This document shows positions 31,301 through 40,224 of a DNA stretch of 64,000 bases, in pieces (within the stretch, counting starts at the first letter, position 1; each line of letters starts with the position of its first letter). Position numbers and translations under genes: made by a program. Source of the stretch: Candidatus Woesebacteria bacterium (GTDB taxonomy: Bacteria > Patescibacteriota > Microgenomatia > UBA1400 > MFAQ01). The DNA lies in assembly GCA_035389185.1 (NCBI GenBank), contig DAOORK010000001.1, forward strand, positions 446,218 to 510,217, in the 5' to 3' direction. The notes under the pieces are model-generated. The model was given only the letters and a program-made list of their open reading frames with translations, made no database searches and was not told the DNA's origin.

Positions 31301-31776
31301 GGGCGAATTTCGGCCTGATGAATAGCACGACCTGAGTGAGGATCAACTTCGCGAGTGAAATAAACACCAGGAGAACGAACAAGTTGGTTAACAACGACAC
31401 GTTCAACACCATTAATGATGAAAGTACCTGTGGAGGTCATCATGGGGATATCACCAAGGAAAATTTCCTGTTGCTGGGTGGCTTTGGAGTGAAGATTGGT
31501 CAGTTTGACAGTAGCCCAAAGAGGAGCTTCAAAAGTGACGCCTTTTTCGATGGCAAGTTTAGGGGAGATTTTGGGTAAACCAATGCGATTACTAAGAAAT
31601 TCAAATTCAAATACCTTACCGGTGAAGTCTTTGATAGGGTTTAGTTCGGTGAGAGACTCACTTATACCTTCTTCGAGAAATTGTTTGTATGAATCAAGTT
31701 GAATCTGAGTCAGGTTCAATTCTGGTAATACAGGGGAAATTTTGCCCCAGTTTTCACGATTGGTTTGTTTATTCAT
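28333..31776 (-). CDS. rpoB: RNA polymerase beta subunit
   Basis: INGVERVVV.QL.RSPG, SPEGPNIGL, GRHGNKG, GGQRLGEMEVWA. Confidence 0.99.
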   Translation of the reverse strand: MNKQTNRENWGKISPVLPELNLTQIQLDSYKQFLEEGISESLTELNPIKDFTGKVFEFEFLSNRIGLPKISPKLAIEKGVTFEAPLWATVKLTNLHSKATQQQEIFLGDIPMMTSTGTFIINGVERVVVNQLVRSPGVYFTREVDPHSGRAIHQAEIRPMRGSWLEVLVSRNDHLSVRIDRHRKISATTLIRALGFSTNEEIVALFAEVDTDKDHQYIATTLLKDTTTNTEEALLEFYQKVRPGEPAVLENAKALLHQMFFDSRRYNLGTVGRYKMNRKLGISTPVDRQHVTLSVDDFVGSIKYLISLQNGKGKTDDIDHLANRRLRCVGELVNQTSFKAGLLRLERSIKEKMSLAKPDELPTPAAFVNPRPIISAITEFFRRNRLSSILDQVNPLSEIDNLRRISVMGPGGITRERASFSMRDIHSSQYSRICPVRSPEGPNIGLVTYLALYARINDFGFLESPYLKVEKVTKGGKSTYQIGKEIIYLAADDEEDAYITHAGIERDGNVITQKWVPARFQGKYIEVDVNLIQYIDVVPRQVLGTSASLIPFIQQDEGTRALMGTHHLTQALPLVKPSAPIVGTGMENSVAQGMGWVVKSLFDGEVISVDADHISLKVTAENAKIAASKISPFDYGFIEVNKDIVTYSIRKYSNSSQDTSYNQHPLVDLGDKVKKGDVIINGPAAENGELALGQNLLIGYAAFEGLGYEDAIVVSDRCVKEDLLSSVHIHEHTCDVMDTKLGPEELTRDIPNVAESDLRNLDNDGIIAIGSVVGPNDILVGKIAPKGETELTAEERLLRAIFGEKAREVRDTSLRMPHGEQGVIISVRVLNREEGDELDAGVIKQIKIKVAQLRKITVGDKVAGRHGNKGVISKIVSQADMPHMADGTAMDILISPLSVLSRMNLGQLMEAELGFAGAILNKRFSVPVFEPVSEDKIASVVKEAGLPVSGKIQLYDGRTGEAFDQETAVGVTYIIKLNHMVEDKTHARSIGPYSLVTQQPLGGKAQMGGQRLGEMEVWALEAHKAAYTLQEMLTIKSDDVVGRSKAFESIVKGETIPMSSVPESFKVLTKELNSLGLAIVPTGSVEVAEEDQTAIKPDVAAEISEATAMSEELQAATFEDEEEENEGQPEEVSEEAAEAGVTNASEE

Positions 31777-31870
31777 CCGTTTTTTGGATTTAAGGAAAAG
31801 TAAATAACAATGGACAACAGACGAAAACCTGACCGAGACAAATTCCAGCCAAGTTTATAGCAGTGGCAAT

Positions 31871-31900
31871 AGGATATCATAAAATCAAGGCCGTTGTCAA
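31871..31900 (-). promoter_or_regulatory. Probable rpoB promoter
   Basis: TTGACA (31895-31900), 18 nt, TATCCT (31871-31876) with extended TG. Confidence 0.55.
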
Positions 31901-31915
31901 CCTGGAGATTTTTGT

Positions 31916-32983
31916 TTACTGACAGTCCTTTTGGAGATAAGTACAGACGTTTTGGTTGTGTTGTTCAATAGTGTTAGCAAAGTGAATCTGGCCGTTATTG
32001 TCATGAAGATAGAACCAGGCTGAAGTAGTTTTGGGGTTGGCGGCGGCGGCAAGGGCGGATTTTCCCGGATTACTTATTGGCTTGGGAGGAAGACCCTGAT
32101 TGATATACGTGTTGTAGGAAGATTTGTATTGAAGATCGGCTTTACTTAAAGACTTTGGCCACCAGTCACAGTCAAGTTTTTTACATTTGGCAGTAGAAAG
32201 AGCGTACTGAACCGTGGCATCAATCTGCAGTGGCCAACTGGCCTGAAGACGGTTTTCAATAACGCCAGCAATCTCGGGCATTTCGTCTGAGTTCGCCGCT
32301 TCTCTCTCTAAAAGAGAGGCAATGATAATAATTCTGTCAGTGTTTTTGGTGCTGATTTTTAATTGATCGGCAATTTGGATGAAACGGTCATCGAACTTAC
32401 CGATGATGGTACGAGTGTCGGACTTTGGATCAAAATCATAGGTATCGGGAAAAAGTCGACCCTCTTTGCTTTCGGTGAGAGACAGGAATTCAGATGTCGC
32501 AAACTTGGCACCGTCTACTTCCTTAAAAGCTTTTTCTAGAATGACTGCAATTTCCTGACGCCGCAGACCTTCAGGGATGGTGACTCTAACCTGTCTGACG
32601 GTAGCGTGAGTAAGAGCTTTGGCAATATCGGTAAGACTCATGTCTGGGGAGAGACGGAAGAATCCAGCCTGGATTTTGTTGGAAATACCCAGTGTGACAA
32701 CGGTAATTTTGAAGGCTGAACGAGAACGAATGAGTTTCATGGCACTGAGCTCCTGACCAATACGATCAACACCCCAACCAGTTTTTATTTCGAATTCAAC
32801 TGGGGAGGTTTGACTGTAAGTGACTGGCCGAGTTGAAATGTAAAACCAAAAAAAGAACCCAAAAGCAAGAATGCCTAGGGCAACTAGCAAACGTCCCAAA
32901 CCTAAAAATGAGTGATTAGACTTCGCTGAGGAGTGCACGGCGGTAAGTATTTGTTTTAGGGTTGTAAATAAAAATGCGGCCAC
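31916..32983 (-). CDS. mltG: Endolytic transglycosylase MltG (true start probably near TTG 32899)
   Basis: N-terminal TM; TIPEG, EG.LFPDTY, ASLLE.E, LQIDATVQY, YNTY...GLPP.PI.NPG. Confidence 0.95.
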   Translation of the reverse strand: MAAFLFTTLKQILTAVHSSAKSNHSFLGLGRLLVALGILAFGFFFWFYISTRPVTYSQTSPVEFEIKTGWGVDRIGQELSAMKLIRSRSAFKITVVTLGISNKIQAGFFRLSPDMSLTDIAKALTHATVRQVRVTIPEGLRRQEIAVILEKAFKEVDGAKFATSEFLSLTESKEGRLFPDTYDFDPKSDTRTIIGKFDDRFIQIADQLKISTKNTDRIIIIASLLEREAANSDEMPEIAGVIENRLQASWPLQIDATVQYALSTAKCKKLDCDWWPKSLSKADLQYKSSYNTYINQGLPPKPISNPGKSALAAAANPKTTSAWFYLHDNNGQIHFANTIEQHNQNVCTYLQKDCQ

Positions 32984-33122
32984 ATTTACAGGTAACCTGA
33001 TCGCAACCTTTTACGGTTTTTGAAGGTACCCTCTCACCTTCGGTAAGAGAAGTGCCACACCCAACACAAGAGCCCTTAGAAAGGAGCCAGGCCTGGACAG
33101 GGGCGATAATGTTCTTGAACAT
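32916..33122 (-). CDS. Small Zn-ribbon protein, 68 aa
   Basis: CVGC...CKCGR; fills the gap between ruvX and mltG. Confidence 0.75.
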   Translation of the reverse strand: MFKNIIAPVQAWLLSKGSCVGCGTSLTEGERVPSKTVKGCDQVTCKCGRIFIYNPKTNTYRRALLSEV

Positions 33123-33134
33123 ATGTTTATTGTA

Positions 33135-33527
33135 TCAAAGAGAGTCGAGGTAGTCCTCGAGAATTAGAGCAGCGGCGGTTTGATGTTCAGTTTGCTGACG
33201 ACGGGAAAGATTTTTGCCGGTATTTTTGAGAAGAGATTTGGCTGACCGAGAAGAAAGATCCTCTGAGAAAAGCACAATTTCGCCTGAGAATACTTTGGCT
33301 AACTTTTTTTGAAAACATTGGACACTTTCGACTAGAGGCCCATGATGAGGAATGCCGATAACAATAGTGTCTGGATTGATTTTGGCGATAAAAGGTAAAA
33401 GTTTACCCAGGAGTTTATCTGTATTTGTTTCAAAGATGGTAGTTAGGGGTTCTGCCAAAATCCCCTCGTGGGAAATAGCGAGGCCAGTGTGGGCAGTACC
33501 AAGGTCGAGACATAAAATAACGGACAT
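33135..33527 (-). CDS. ruvX: YqgF/RuvX family pre-16S rRNA nuclease
   Basis: LCLDLG...TGLA.S, IVIGIP, E.LSS, AA.LIL.DYL. Confidence 0.9.
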   Translation of the reverse strand: MSVILCLDLGTAHTGLAISHEGILAEPLTTIFETNTDKLLGKLLPFIAKINPDTIVIGIPHHGPLVESVQCFQKKLAKVFSGEIVLFSEDLSSRSAKSLLKNTGKNLSRRQQTEHQTAAALILEDYLDSL

Positions 33528-33561
33528 GGGTTGATTATATGGCAGTTGGTATGTTTTATTG

Positions 33562-34329
33562 TCAATCCGAAATGAGAGTACCTTCTACAACGAGACGTCT
33601 AAGAGTAGTTCCAGGAGGAACACAAGTAATAACTTTGATCGTCTTTGACGAATAGTTCTGTTTGAGAACCCAAAGTTCTGAAGGTTTTACTTCGATAGTA
33701 TTGGTCACACGATAGGTGTATTCCTTGTCAACATACTTAACGATAATATCGGAGCCTACTTTGAGTTTGGTGAGATTGGAAAAAATGGTGGTGTATTTTT
33801 TGGAGTCATAGAACTGGGGTAAGGTGGAATGACCAAAAATAACCGGAGATCCTGATTGTCCTGGGAGAGCAGTTTGAGGGTACTGAACCAAATGTTTGGT
33901 GAGATCTTCATCAAAAAGAGCAACTTCGGCATCGGTAAGACCGAGCGAGGGAATAGATATCAAGTAGGTATCAGGAATATCAGGATTGTATTCTTTTTGA
34001 TTGGCGGCAAAAAGATTATTTTGGCCACTCCCCGGGAACCAAGTACTAGCTTTGGTGTAGTCAAGATCGGTCAGAACTTTGGGTTCTTGATCGGAACTGG
34101 CTTTGGTTTCGTAATAAACCGGAGAGAGAAGTCCGGAGTCATTTGACTGCGAAGGTTTTAGAGTTTTGAGTTGATAACTAACAACTGGGTAAGCAACAGC
34201 ACCGAGAATACCAAGTCCTAGGGCAGAGATTAGAGTGGGTACTGTCTTAAGATAAAGAGGTATTCTTCTGCCGGGATGAGGGTTTTTGGCAGTTGCTTTT
34301 TTGTAACCGTAAAGCATGTTAGTTGGCAA
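33562..34329 (-). CDS. Sortase-family protein
   Basis: N-terminal TM; catalytic His (FGHS), Cys (VITC.P.GT) and Arg (RRLVV). Confidence 0.9.
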   Translation of the reverse strand: MPTNMLYGYKKATAKNPHPGRRIPLYLKTVPTLISALGLGILGAVAYPVVSYQLKTLKPSQSNDSGLLSPVYYETKASSDQEPKVLTDLDYTKASTWFPGSGQNNLFAANQKEYNPDIPDTYLISIPSLGLTDAEVALFDEDLTKHLVQYPQTALPGQSGSPVIFGHSTLPQFYDSKKYTTIFSNLTKLKVGSDIIVKYVDKEYTYRVTNTIEVKPSELWVLKQNYSSKTIKVITCVPPGTTLRRLVVEGTLISD

Positions 34330-36508
34330 CTAAAGAGAACTTGATTTTGGATAGCGGCAGAATTTTGGTATAGACGGGTATTGCCGGACTAATTCTGACA
34401 TTTAAGTGATCAAAACCTTGAATAGTGGTAAAAAGAGGGCGAATACCGGAAACTTGTTTACCTTTGACAAAACTCTTGTATTTTTCCTCGTCGATTATGG
34501 GAAAAATACTGGCTTCGACATCGACCTTTGCCTGGTAGACTTTGTCAACAAGTGAAGGTGTGGCCAGTTTGATAGCGGTATTTCCTTGGAAGATCTCAGA
34601 ACCGGCGGGAATTTGAGAAGCGATTTCGGTAGACACTAGCTGATAAAGACTGTCATCCGAGTAAACAAGGGTTTCGGTCGAACCTTCGAGACTAAGGTTG
34701 AGATTGGTAGCTTCTTCCCCGACGTTTTTATCGAAGGTTTTTTTGGTAATCGCAAAATCAGATAGAACTAGAGAACTGAATCCTGGGGTTTGAGCTTGAG
34801 TTGATTGCTGAACTTGGGCTTTTATTTTGTCTGTGGCTGTCTGTAAAAGTTTGTCTTGATCTGCTTTGGAAACAGCGCGGACTGCCCGGGACGTGCCGCC
34901 GGAAAAATCTGTATCGGCAACTGCATAGGCAACACTTCTGGAATAGTTGTCAACCGAGAAAGTGGTGTTTTTGGATAAATTGTAGTCAGCCCCGATTTTT
35001 GATGCGGTAACACCGACACCTGTGGCTTTGCCATAGGTTTCCTGAAAGGTAAGCGGGTCGGCGCTCTTGGAGGCAATGGTGACAGCGTCGTTTAGAGAAT
35101 ATGCATATTTGCCGTTTTCGGAAAGAATGGTAGCTCCGGCTTTGAGAGTAATTGGAGAAACTGATTTGTTGGCAATAGTGATAGTGCCGGAGGCTTTGTC
35201 GCCAACAGTGGCTTCACCTGAAGTTTCGATTGAGTCTTGGGTATTCCCTGAAACTACTTTTTTGGAGGCTAGAAGAGTCGGAATGCCAGAGACTGAGCTT
35301 TCAGCAATGGCAATAGTAAACTGGCTGGTAATTTTTTGTGGTTTGAAAGAGATTAAAATTTCTGCTTCTCCAAAGATAAGATAAGCAATGAAACCAAGAA
35401 GTAGAAGTGCTGGGGCGGCAAGAAGATAGAGAAGTGATGGTTTCCCCTTGGTAAATTTGGGAAAAGAAAATTTGGGAACTTTGGGTAGGGTTAGAGCAAA
35501 TTGAGGTTTGCTAACAGGAGTTTCTTCGACTTGAGGAGGAGTTACTTCAGCGTCTTGGGCATCGGCGGTAAAGGCATATTCCGGTTCATCAGAGACAGCT
35601 TGCGGCTCGGGGGTGATGTCTTTTTCCACCGATTCCGGGGCGGTTGTTTCTTCGTAAGTAAAGCCGAGATCGGTGATGGAACTAGGAGTGTTTTGGGGGA
35701 CAACAATGTTGGATTCTTCTTTAGGTAAAGCAGAATTGTCGTCAGAAGAGTCATCTTTGGCAACTCCAGAATTGTTGTACTCGATGGCTTCCAGGCCGCC
35801 GGTGAGAGCAATAGCTTTAATACTAAAATCAACCGGAAGAACCTCAACTTTGGGCATGTGTTGGAAGGAAAGGCGCTCTTGCCAAGGGTGAGAGGTTATA
35901 CGCTGTTCTTCTTCCTCGAGATTACCTCCATTGGTGAGAATGAATCTAGATGGGAAGTTTTCGTCACTTATGGTGGTGAGCCCTTCTTCGACGTCTTGAG
36001 CAATGTCGCCTGAGCGAGCCGCTTCTTCGGACGAAGTAATTTCTCCTTGTTTGATAACAGAGACTACGACTTTGGTAGTGTAGATCTCAAGAAGAATAGC
36101 TGTTGGGGGAATACCTTCCAGCTTTTTCATGTAGTGAGCAATGGCTGAGTTAATCGGTACCATGCCGATCGGAGATAATTCCAGTTCTTTAACGAGACGA
36201 TTCAGAAGTCTGTTTTTGCTGGCATGAATTTTGCCATCCTCGATCCAGGTGTCAGGTAGACCAAAAATTACTTTTCTTGGCTGAGCGTTTATGGCTCTCA
36301 CCGCTTGCTCAAGTGAGGCATCCACGCCATTGATTAACGATTCTTCGTCTGCCCAGGACTCGTAAGAACCGATGTTGACAATAGCAGGCGTCCCTTCAGT
36401 TACTCCCCAGAGAGCTGTCTTGATGAGCGATTCGTGAATTTCGATGGCCAGATAGTATTCTGGTTCAACGGTTTTTGTCTTATTTCCAAATAAGTTAACT
36501 AGGTTCAT
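34319..36508 (-). CDS. Membrane protein: FtsA/PilM-like N-terminus, acidic linker, TM, baseplate-J-like C-terminus
   Basis: YLAIEI....IKTALW actin-like start; single TM near residue 360-380; A.GTITI.N...L.AG, V.A..IG.DYN pattern (recognised by eye). Confidence 0.6.
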   Translation of the reverse strand: MNLVNLFGNKTKTVEPEYYLAIEIHESLIKTALWGVTEGTPAIVNIGSYESWADEESLINGVDASLEQAVRAINAQPRKVIFGLPDTWIEDGKIHASKNRLLNRLVKELELSPIGMVPINSAIAHYMKKLEGIPPTAILLEIYTTKVVVSVIKQGEITSSEEAARSGDIAQDVEEGLTTISDENFPSRFILTNGGNLEEEEQRITSHPWQERLSFQHMPKVEVLPVDFSIKAIALTGGLEAIEYNNSGVAKDDSSDDNSALPKEESNIVVPQNTPSSITDLGFTYEETTAPESVEKDITPEPQAVSDEPEYAFTADAQDAEVTPPQVEETPVSKPQFALTLPKVPKFSFPKFTKGKPSLLYLLAAPALLLLGFIAYLIFGEAEILISFKPQKITSQFTIAIAESSVSGIPTLLASKKVVSGNTQDSIETSGEATVGDKASGTITIANKSVSPITLKAGATILSENGKYAYSLNDAVTIASKSADPLTFQETYGKATGVGVTASKIGADYNLSKNTTFSVDNYSRSVAYAVADTDFSGGTSRAVRAVSKADQDKLLQTATDKIKAQVQQSTQAQTPGFSSLVLSDFAITKKTFDKNVGEEATNLNLSLEGSTETLVYSDDSLYQLVSTEIASQIPAGSEIFQGNTAIKLATPSLVDKVYQAKVDVEASIFPIIDEEKYKSFVKGKQVSGIRPLFTTIQGFDHLNVRISPAIPVYTKILPLSKIKFSLVAN

Positions 36509-36531
36509 GTTTACTTGCCCTCGAGGGGCTT

Positions 36532-38373
36532 TTACATGTCAAACTGTAGATAAAGACGGCGCGTTCCGGCGCCAAGAGACTCTTGTTTGACTATCTTTAT
36601 CTTAGCAAGTTCTGCCGTGTTCGTCACATGTGGTCCGCCGCAGATCTCTTTGGAGAAAGGATTCTTGGAGTTACCGATCGTGTAGACACTAACAACGTCG
36701 GGATATTTCTGACCGAAAAAAGCAAGAGCGCCGGAAGCGGTTGCCTTATCTTTGGGCATTTCTGAGCGAGAAACAGGCAACTTTTCGACGATTTTTTGGT
36801 TGATAAGATCTTCAACTAATTTTAGTTGTTCATCGGTTAATTTTTCTGGATGATTAAAATCAAAACGAAGTCTTTCGGAGGTATTGTTGGAACCCTTTTG
36901 GCCAACATGATCACCAAGAATCTGACGAAGAGAAGCCTGCAAAAGATGGGTAATGGTGTGATATTTCATATTGGTCTCGGAGTGATCGGCCAAACCGCCT
37001 TTGAACATACCGGCTGAAGCAGAACGAGAAAGTTCTTTGTGTTTTTCAAACTCTTTCTCAAACTGTTTGGTATCGATCTTGATGTTCATTTGAGAAAGAA
37101 TTTCGGAGGTGATTTCCATGGGGAAACCGTAGTTTTGATAGAGATCAAAAGCGGCTTTACCATCGATATGGGGATTTTTTTCTAGTTCTTTTACTCCCTT
37201 ATCTAGAGAAATACCGAACTTTTTGATTTCGGATCTGATGGTTTCAAAAATGGGTGGTGTGTCTTTTTTGACATCGAAATAGAGAGGTGAATAAAACTGG
37301 GCCACGAGAGTACTAAGAGGGGCAATCTTCTCGAGAGTTTCAAGACTGTTGGTGAGGAAATAAAGCTTAACTGCGGCACGACGGAGAAGACGTCTTAAGA
37401 CATAGCCCTGGGCTTTGTTGGTCGGGAAAACTCCGTCTTTGATAAGGAAGGTAGCAGCGGTAAGATGATCGGCAATAATTCGCATTGATGGCTGGTTAGC
37501 TGGATCGGAGTAAGGTTTGCCCGAAATTGTTTCTATTTCCTGAATTAAAGGGAGGAGACTGCTAATTTTGAACATGTCCGGATCATTATTGGTAGCTGCT
37601 TCCAATCGAGTAAGTCCACCTCCAAAATCGATATTTTTGCGAGGAAGTTCTTCGAGAGTGCCATCGTCTTTTTTGAGATACTGCATGAAAACGTTATTAC
37701 CGATTTCCAAGAAACGCCCGCAGTCACAATTGGGATGACATTTATCATTTTTGAAGGGTGAGCTTTCATGGAGTTTGAGGTTGGCGCCAAAATCGTAAAA
37801 AACCTCAGAGTCGGGCCCGCCCGGTTCACCAGCAGGCATATTTTCGGGAACTCCGGCACGAGACCACCAGTTTTTTGTGGCCGGGTAAGCAAAAATATGA
37901 CCCCCCTCTTTGGTACTAATACCCACTTTTGCAAATAAAGCTTGCCAGATCCTAATAGCGTCTTCATCCTTGGGGACACCGGATCCTCCCTCATAAACGG
38001 TGACAAAAATCTTTTTGGGGTCAAGACCCAGACCGTTTTCTTTGTTTGTCAGAAAATTAAAAAACCACTCAAGCTGTTTGTCCTTGAAGTAGTCTCCGAG
38101 AGACCAGTTACCAAGCATTTCAAAAAAGGTGGTGTGACGATTATCACCGATATTATCGATATCGACTGATCTGAAACACTTTTGGGAGTCAGCCAAACGA
38201 GTACCAAGAGGATGTTTTTGGCCCAAAAGATAGGGCATCATGGACTGCATACCGGCAGATGTAAAAAGAGTGGTGGCGTCCCCTTCAGGGACAAGAGAAG
38301 CAGAAGGGATAATAGTGTGACCACGCTTTTCCATAAAACTGAGATACCGAGTACGAATTTCGTTGATGGTCAT
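36532..38373 (-). CDS. alaS: Alanine--tRNA ligase (short form without C-Ala domain)
   Basis: LFTSAGM, RHTTFFEMLGNWS.GDYFK, ADH, GYVLRRLLRRA, editing HTITH/CGGPH. Confidence 0.97.
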   Translation of the reverse strand: MTINEIRTRYLSFMEKRGHTIIPSASLVPEGDATTLFTSAGMQSMMPYLLGQKHPLGTRLADSQKCFRSVDIDNIGDNRHTTFFEMLGNWSLGDYFKDKQLEWFFNFLTNKENGLGLDPKKIFVTVYEGGSGVPKDEDAIRIWQALFAKVGISTKEGGHIFAYPATKNWWSRAGVPENMPAGEPGGPDSEVFYDFGANLKLHESSPFKNDKCHPNCDCGRFLEIGNNVFMQYLKKDDGTLEELPRKNIDFGGGLTRLEAATNNDPDMFKISSLLPLIQEIETISGKPYSDPANQPSMRIIADHLTAATFLIKDGVFPTNKAQGYVLRRLLRRAAVKLYFLTNSLETLEKIAPLSTLVAQFYSPLYFDVKKDTPPIFETIRSEIKKFGISLDKGVKELEKNPHIDGKAAFDLYQNYGFPMEITSEILSQMNIKIDTKQFEKEFEKHKELSRSASAGMFKGGLADHSETNMKYHTITHLLQASLRQILGDHVGQKGSNNTSERLRFDFNHPEKLTDEQLKLVEDLINQKIVEKLPVSRSEMPKDKATASGALAFFGQKYPDVVSVYTIGNSKNPFSKEICGGPHVTNTAELAKIKIVKQESLGAGTRRLYLQFDM

Positions 38374-38407
38374 TTGAGTATGAATTATAGCCTAAAAAAA
38401 GGATAAC

Positions 38408-38433
38408 AAAAAAGCGGATGCAATGATCCGCTT
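38408..38433 (-). terminator. Intrinsic terminator of the two-TM orphan pair
   Basis: AAGCGGAT-CATTGC-ATCCGC-TTTTTT. Confidence 0.8.
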
Positions 38434-38461
38434 AACTGACTTTGATATTGGTGTGGCAGAA

Positions 38462-38683
38462 TCACCATGGGAAAATTAGAATGCCGACAAAAAGAAAGGC
38501 GATGAAACAAACTATCTGATACACGTGTTCACAGCCGCGAATTTCTTCGGCTCCACCCTTGACATAAATTTGCTTAATTTCTTCCTTGTGTTTATGCCAT
38601 TTGACCTCGTCAACAATGAACCAAACAAGCACGGCTGCGGCTATAGCAAGAAATATTAGCGAAAAGATTGTCTGCCCTATCAT
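38462..38683 (-). CDS. Small two-TM protein, 73 aa (SD-led orphan)
   Basis: AAAGGAGG-4nt-ATG; two hydrophobic segments. Confidence 0.8.
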   Translation of the reverse strand: MIGQTIFSLIFLAIAAAVLVWFIVDEVKWHKHKEEIKQIYVKGGAEEIRGCEHVYQIVCFIAFLFVGILIFPW

Positions 38684-38724
38684 AAATCCTCCTTTGATGT
38701 TTTGAAACTATCGATAAAACGAGA

Positions 38725-38898
38725 TTAGAGTGCTAAGACAAGGCCCCAAAAAATGGATATTAAGGCGAAGGAAATGAAGATAAAACCTTCCGAACTTGGA
38801 TATTGCTCCTTTCGCCGTATAAAAATGACGGCAAGCACTAAAAATACTGCGGCAATGACAAAGCAGATGATAGCGCCAATTGTCTGACTGATAACCAT
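38725..38898 (-). CDS. Small two-TM protein, 57 aa (not in ORF track; likely paralog of 38462..38683)
   Basis: TAAGGAGG-4nt-ATG; MVISQTIGAIICFVIAAVFLVLAVIFIRRKEQYPSSEGFIFISFALISIFWGLVLAL*. Confidence 0.8.
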   Translation of the reverse strand: MVISQTIGAIICFVIAAVFLVLAVIFIRRKEQYPSSEGFIFISFALISIFWGLVLAL

Positions 38899-38902
38899 AT
38901 TT

Positions 38903-38967
38903 CCTCCTTATTGAATCAAAGTACTTACTTTTGTGGGTATTCTATCGCAAAAAAGTTGAAGGGTCAA
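38903..38967 (-). promoter_or_regulatory. Promoter, boxA-like element and SD of the two-TM pair
   Basis: TTGACC (38962-38967), 17 nt, TAGAAT (38939-38944); GTACTTTGATT (38914-38924); AAGGAGG. Confidence 0.7.
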
Positions 38968-38969
38968 TC

Positions 38970-39272
38970 TTATTGTGGACGATATGGATGGACGGCAGGA
39001 GGAGGAGGAGGCGGTGCTTCAAAATCGTAGGTAGAGTGATGCGGAGTTTCAAGCGAGGGAATCAGAGGAACGGAGAGTGTTTCAGATTCGTGATGGGGAT
39101 GAACAATGTTTTCAGGAATTTTTTTATATTTTTCTGGAATAGCGTCAAGGGCCTCTTTGACAATTTTTCTACCCTCATCTGTGGCAAAGAGAAGGGCGGC
39201 AACGACACCAACAAAAACTCCTGTTGCAAATGGAGCAAACTTATTATTTGATTTGTTGTTAGCGGGATTCAT
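38970..39272 (-). CDS. YtxH-like membrane protein with Pro-rich tail
   Basis: F..GVFVG..AALLFAT..G motif; start placed at ATG 39272 to avoid a long overlap. Confidence 0.7.
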   Translation of the reverse strand: MNPANNKSNNKFAPFATGVFVGVVAALLFATDEGRKIVKEALDAIPEKYKKIPENIVHPHHESETLSVPLIPSLETPHHSTYDFEAPPPPPPAVHPYRPQ

Positions 39273-39558
39273 TTTCTTCGAGATTGACTGGAGGAGTTTT
39301 TTTGTCATGGCCAAATAGCCCGGAAATTGTCTCAATGATTCTGCCTGATTGACGGAAGCCCTCAATAACAGCCAGTACTCCTGCTGCCGGTTCAGAAATT
39401 TTCTGCAGCGTGTCATCGGCAGTGTCTAAAGTACGATTGAGTTTGAGAAGAGAGTTTTTGAGCTCCTTAAGAACAATAATTAGCTCGATACCGACAATGA
39501 CGGCGATAACAGTGAGCGCAGATATGGAAATTAAAGAAATTATTTGGGACAGGGTCAT
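39259..39558 (-). CDS. DUF948/YtxG-like TM and coiled-coil protein
   Basis: N-terminal TM then helical heptads; adjacent to YtxH-like gene; leaderless -10 box. Confidence 0.65.
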   Translation of the reverse strand: MTLSQIISLISISALTVIAVIVGIELIIVLKELKNSLLKLNRTLDTADDTLQKISEPAAGVLAVIEGFRQSGRIIETISGLFGHDKKTPPVNLEENESR

Positions 39559-39591
39559 ACAACCATGATAGCAAATTTTTTCCCTTGAGTC

Positions 39592-40218
39592 TTATTTGGA
39601 GATGACAGTGATTGGTACTGTTGTGGTGGTACTGCGAGAAAAACGATTAGTGGCTTTTATCTTGATGGTCGTTTCACCAACGGCTAGGTTGAGACTGGTT
39701 TGAAAATGACCATCTTGGTCAGGCTTAACTACAATATCGTCGTTGATGGTCACTAGGGAGTCGGAAGACGTGATGCCCTGAACATCGATCGGGGAAGCGG
39801 TAACAGAGTTTGTAAGGGGTTGGGATAAGGATAATGGCGGCGGAGTGAGAATCACCCGAAACTGGAATCCGAGATAGATAATAAAAACCGTGACCCCAAG
39901 GGCAATGGAGATCAATTGGGTTGAGGGGTGAAACGAGTGATGCGAACCACGATACTGGATTGTCTTTTTAATCCCTTGATCCGGATGGCGAAAGTCACGA
40001 CGGAAAACAGCAACCAACTCATTTGGATCGGCATTTAGGGTTAGAGCAATGTTTCTGATAAACCCTTTGGCGAAAGTTTCTGAAGGAAGCAAGTCATAAC
40101 GATCGGCCTCAAGAGCCTCAATATATTTTGGGTCAATTCGCGTGGCAGAAGATAACTCTCCAATAGAGATATTTTGTCTATTTCTTTCTGTATGTAGAAG
40201 TTGACCGACTGTTTTCAT
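39592..40218 (-). CDS. RodZ-like HTH membrane protein with C-terminal Ig-like domain
   Basis: VGQLL...R, TRI...YIEALE, FAKGFIRN.A..L; TM; beta-rich C-terminus; follows ftsK. Confidence 0.85.
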   Translation of the reverse strand: MKTVGQLLHTERNRQNISIGELSSATRIDPKYIEALEADRYDLLPSETFAKGFIRNIALTLNADPNELVAVFRRDFRHPDQGIKKTIQYRGSHHSFHPSTQLISIALGVTVFIIYLGFQFRVILTPPPLSLSQPLTNSVTASPIDVQGITSSDSLVTINDDIVVKPDQDGHFQTSLNLAVGETTIKIKATNRFSRSTTTTVPITVISK

Positions 40219-40224
40219 AACAGT

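Noticed and set aside
34319-36508. Prophage or contractile injection system
   Set aside because: Only one baseplate-J-like domain, fused to a TM protein; no tail, capsid, terminase or integrase genes.
36532-38373. alaS as a truncated pseudogene
   Set aside because: Aminoacylation and editing motifs are intact; short AlaRS forms without C-Ala are a known natural variant.
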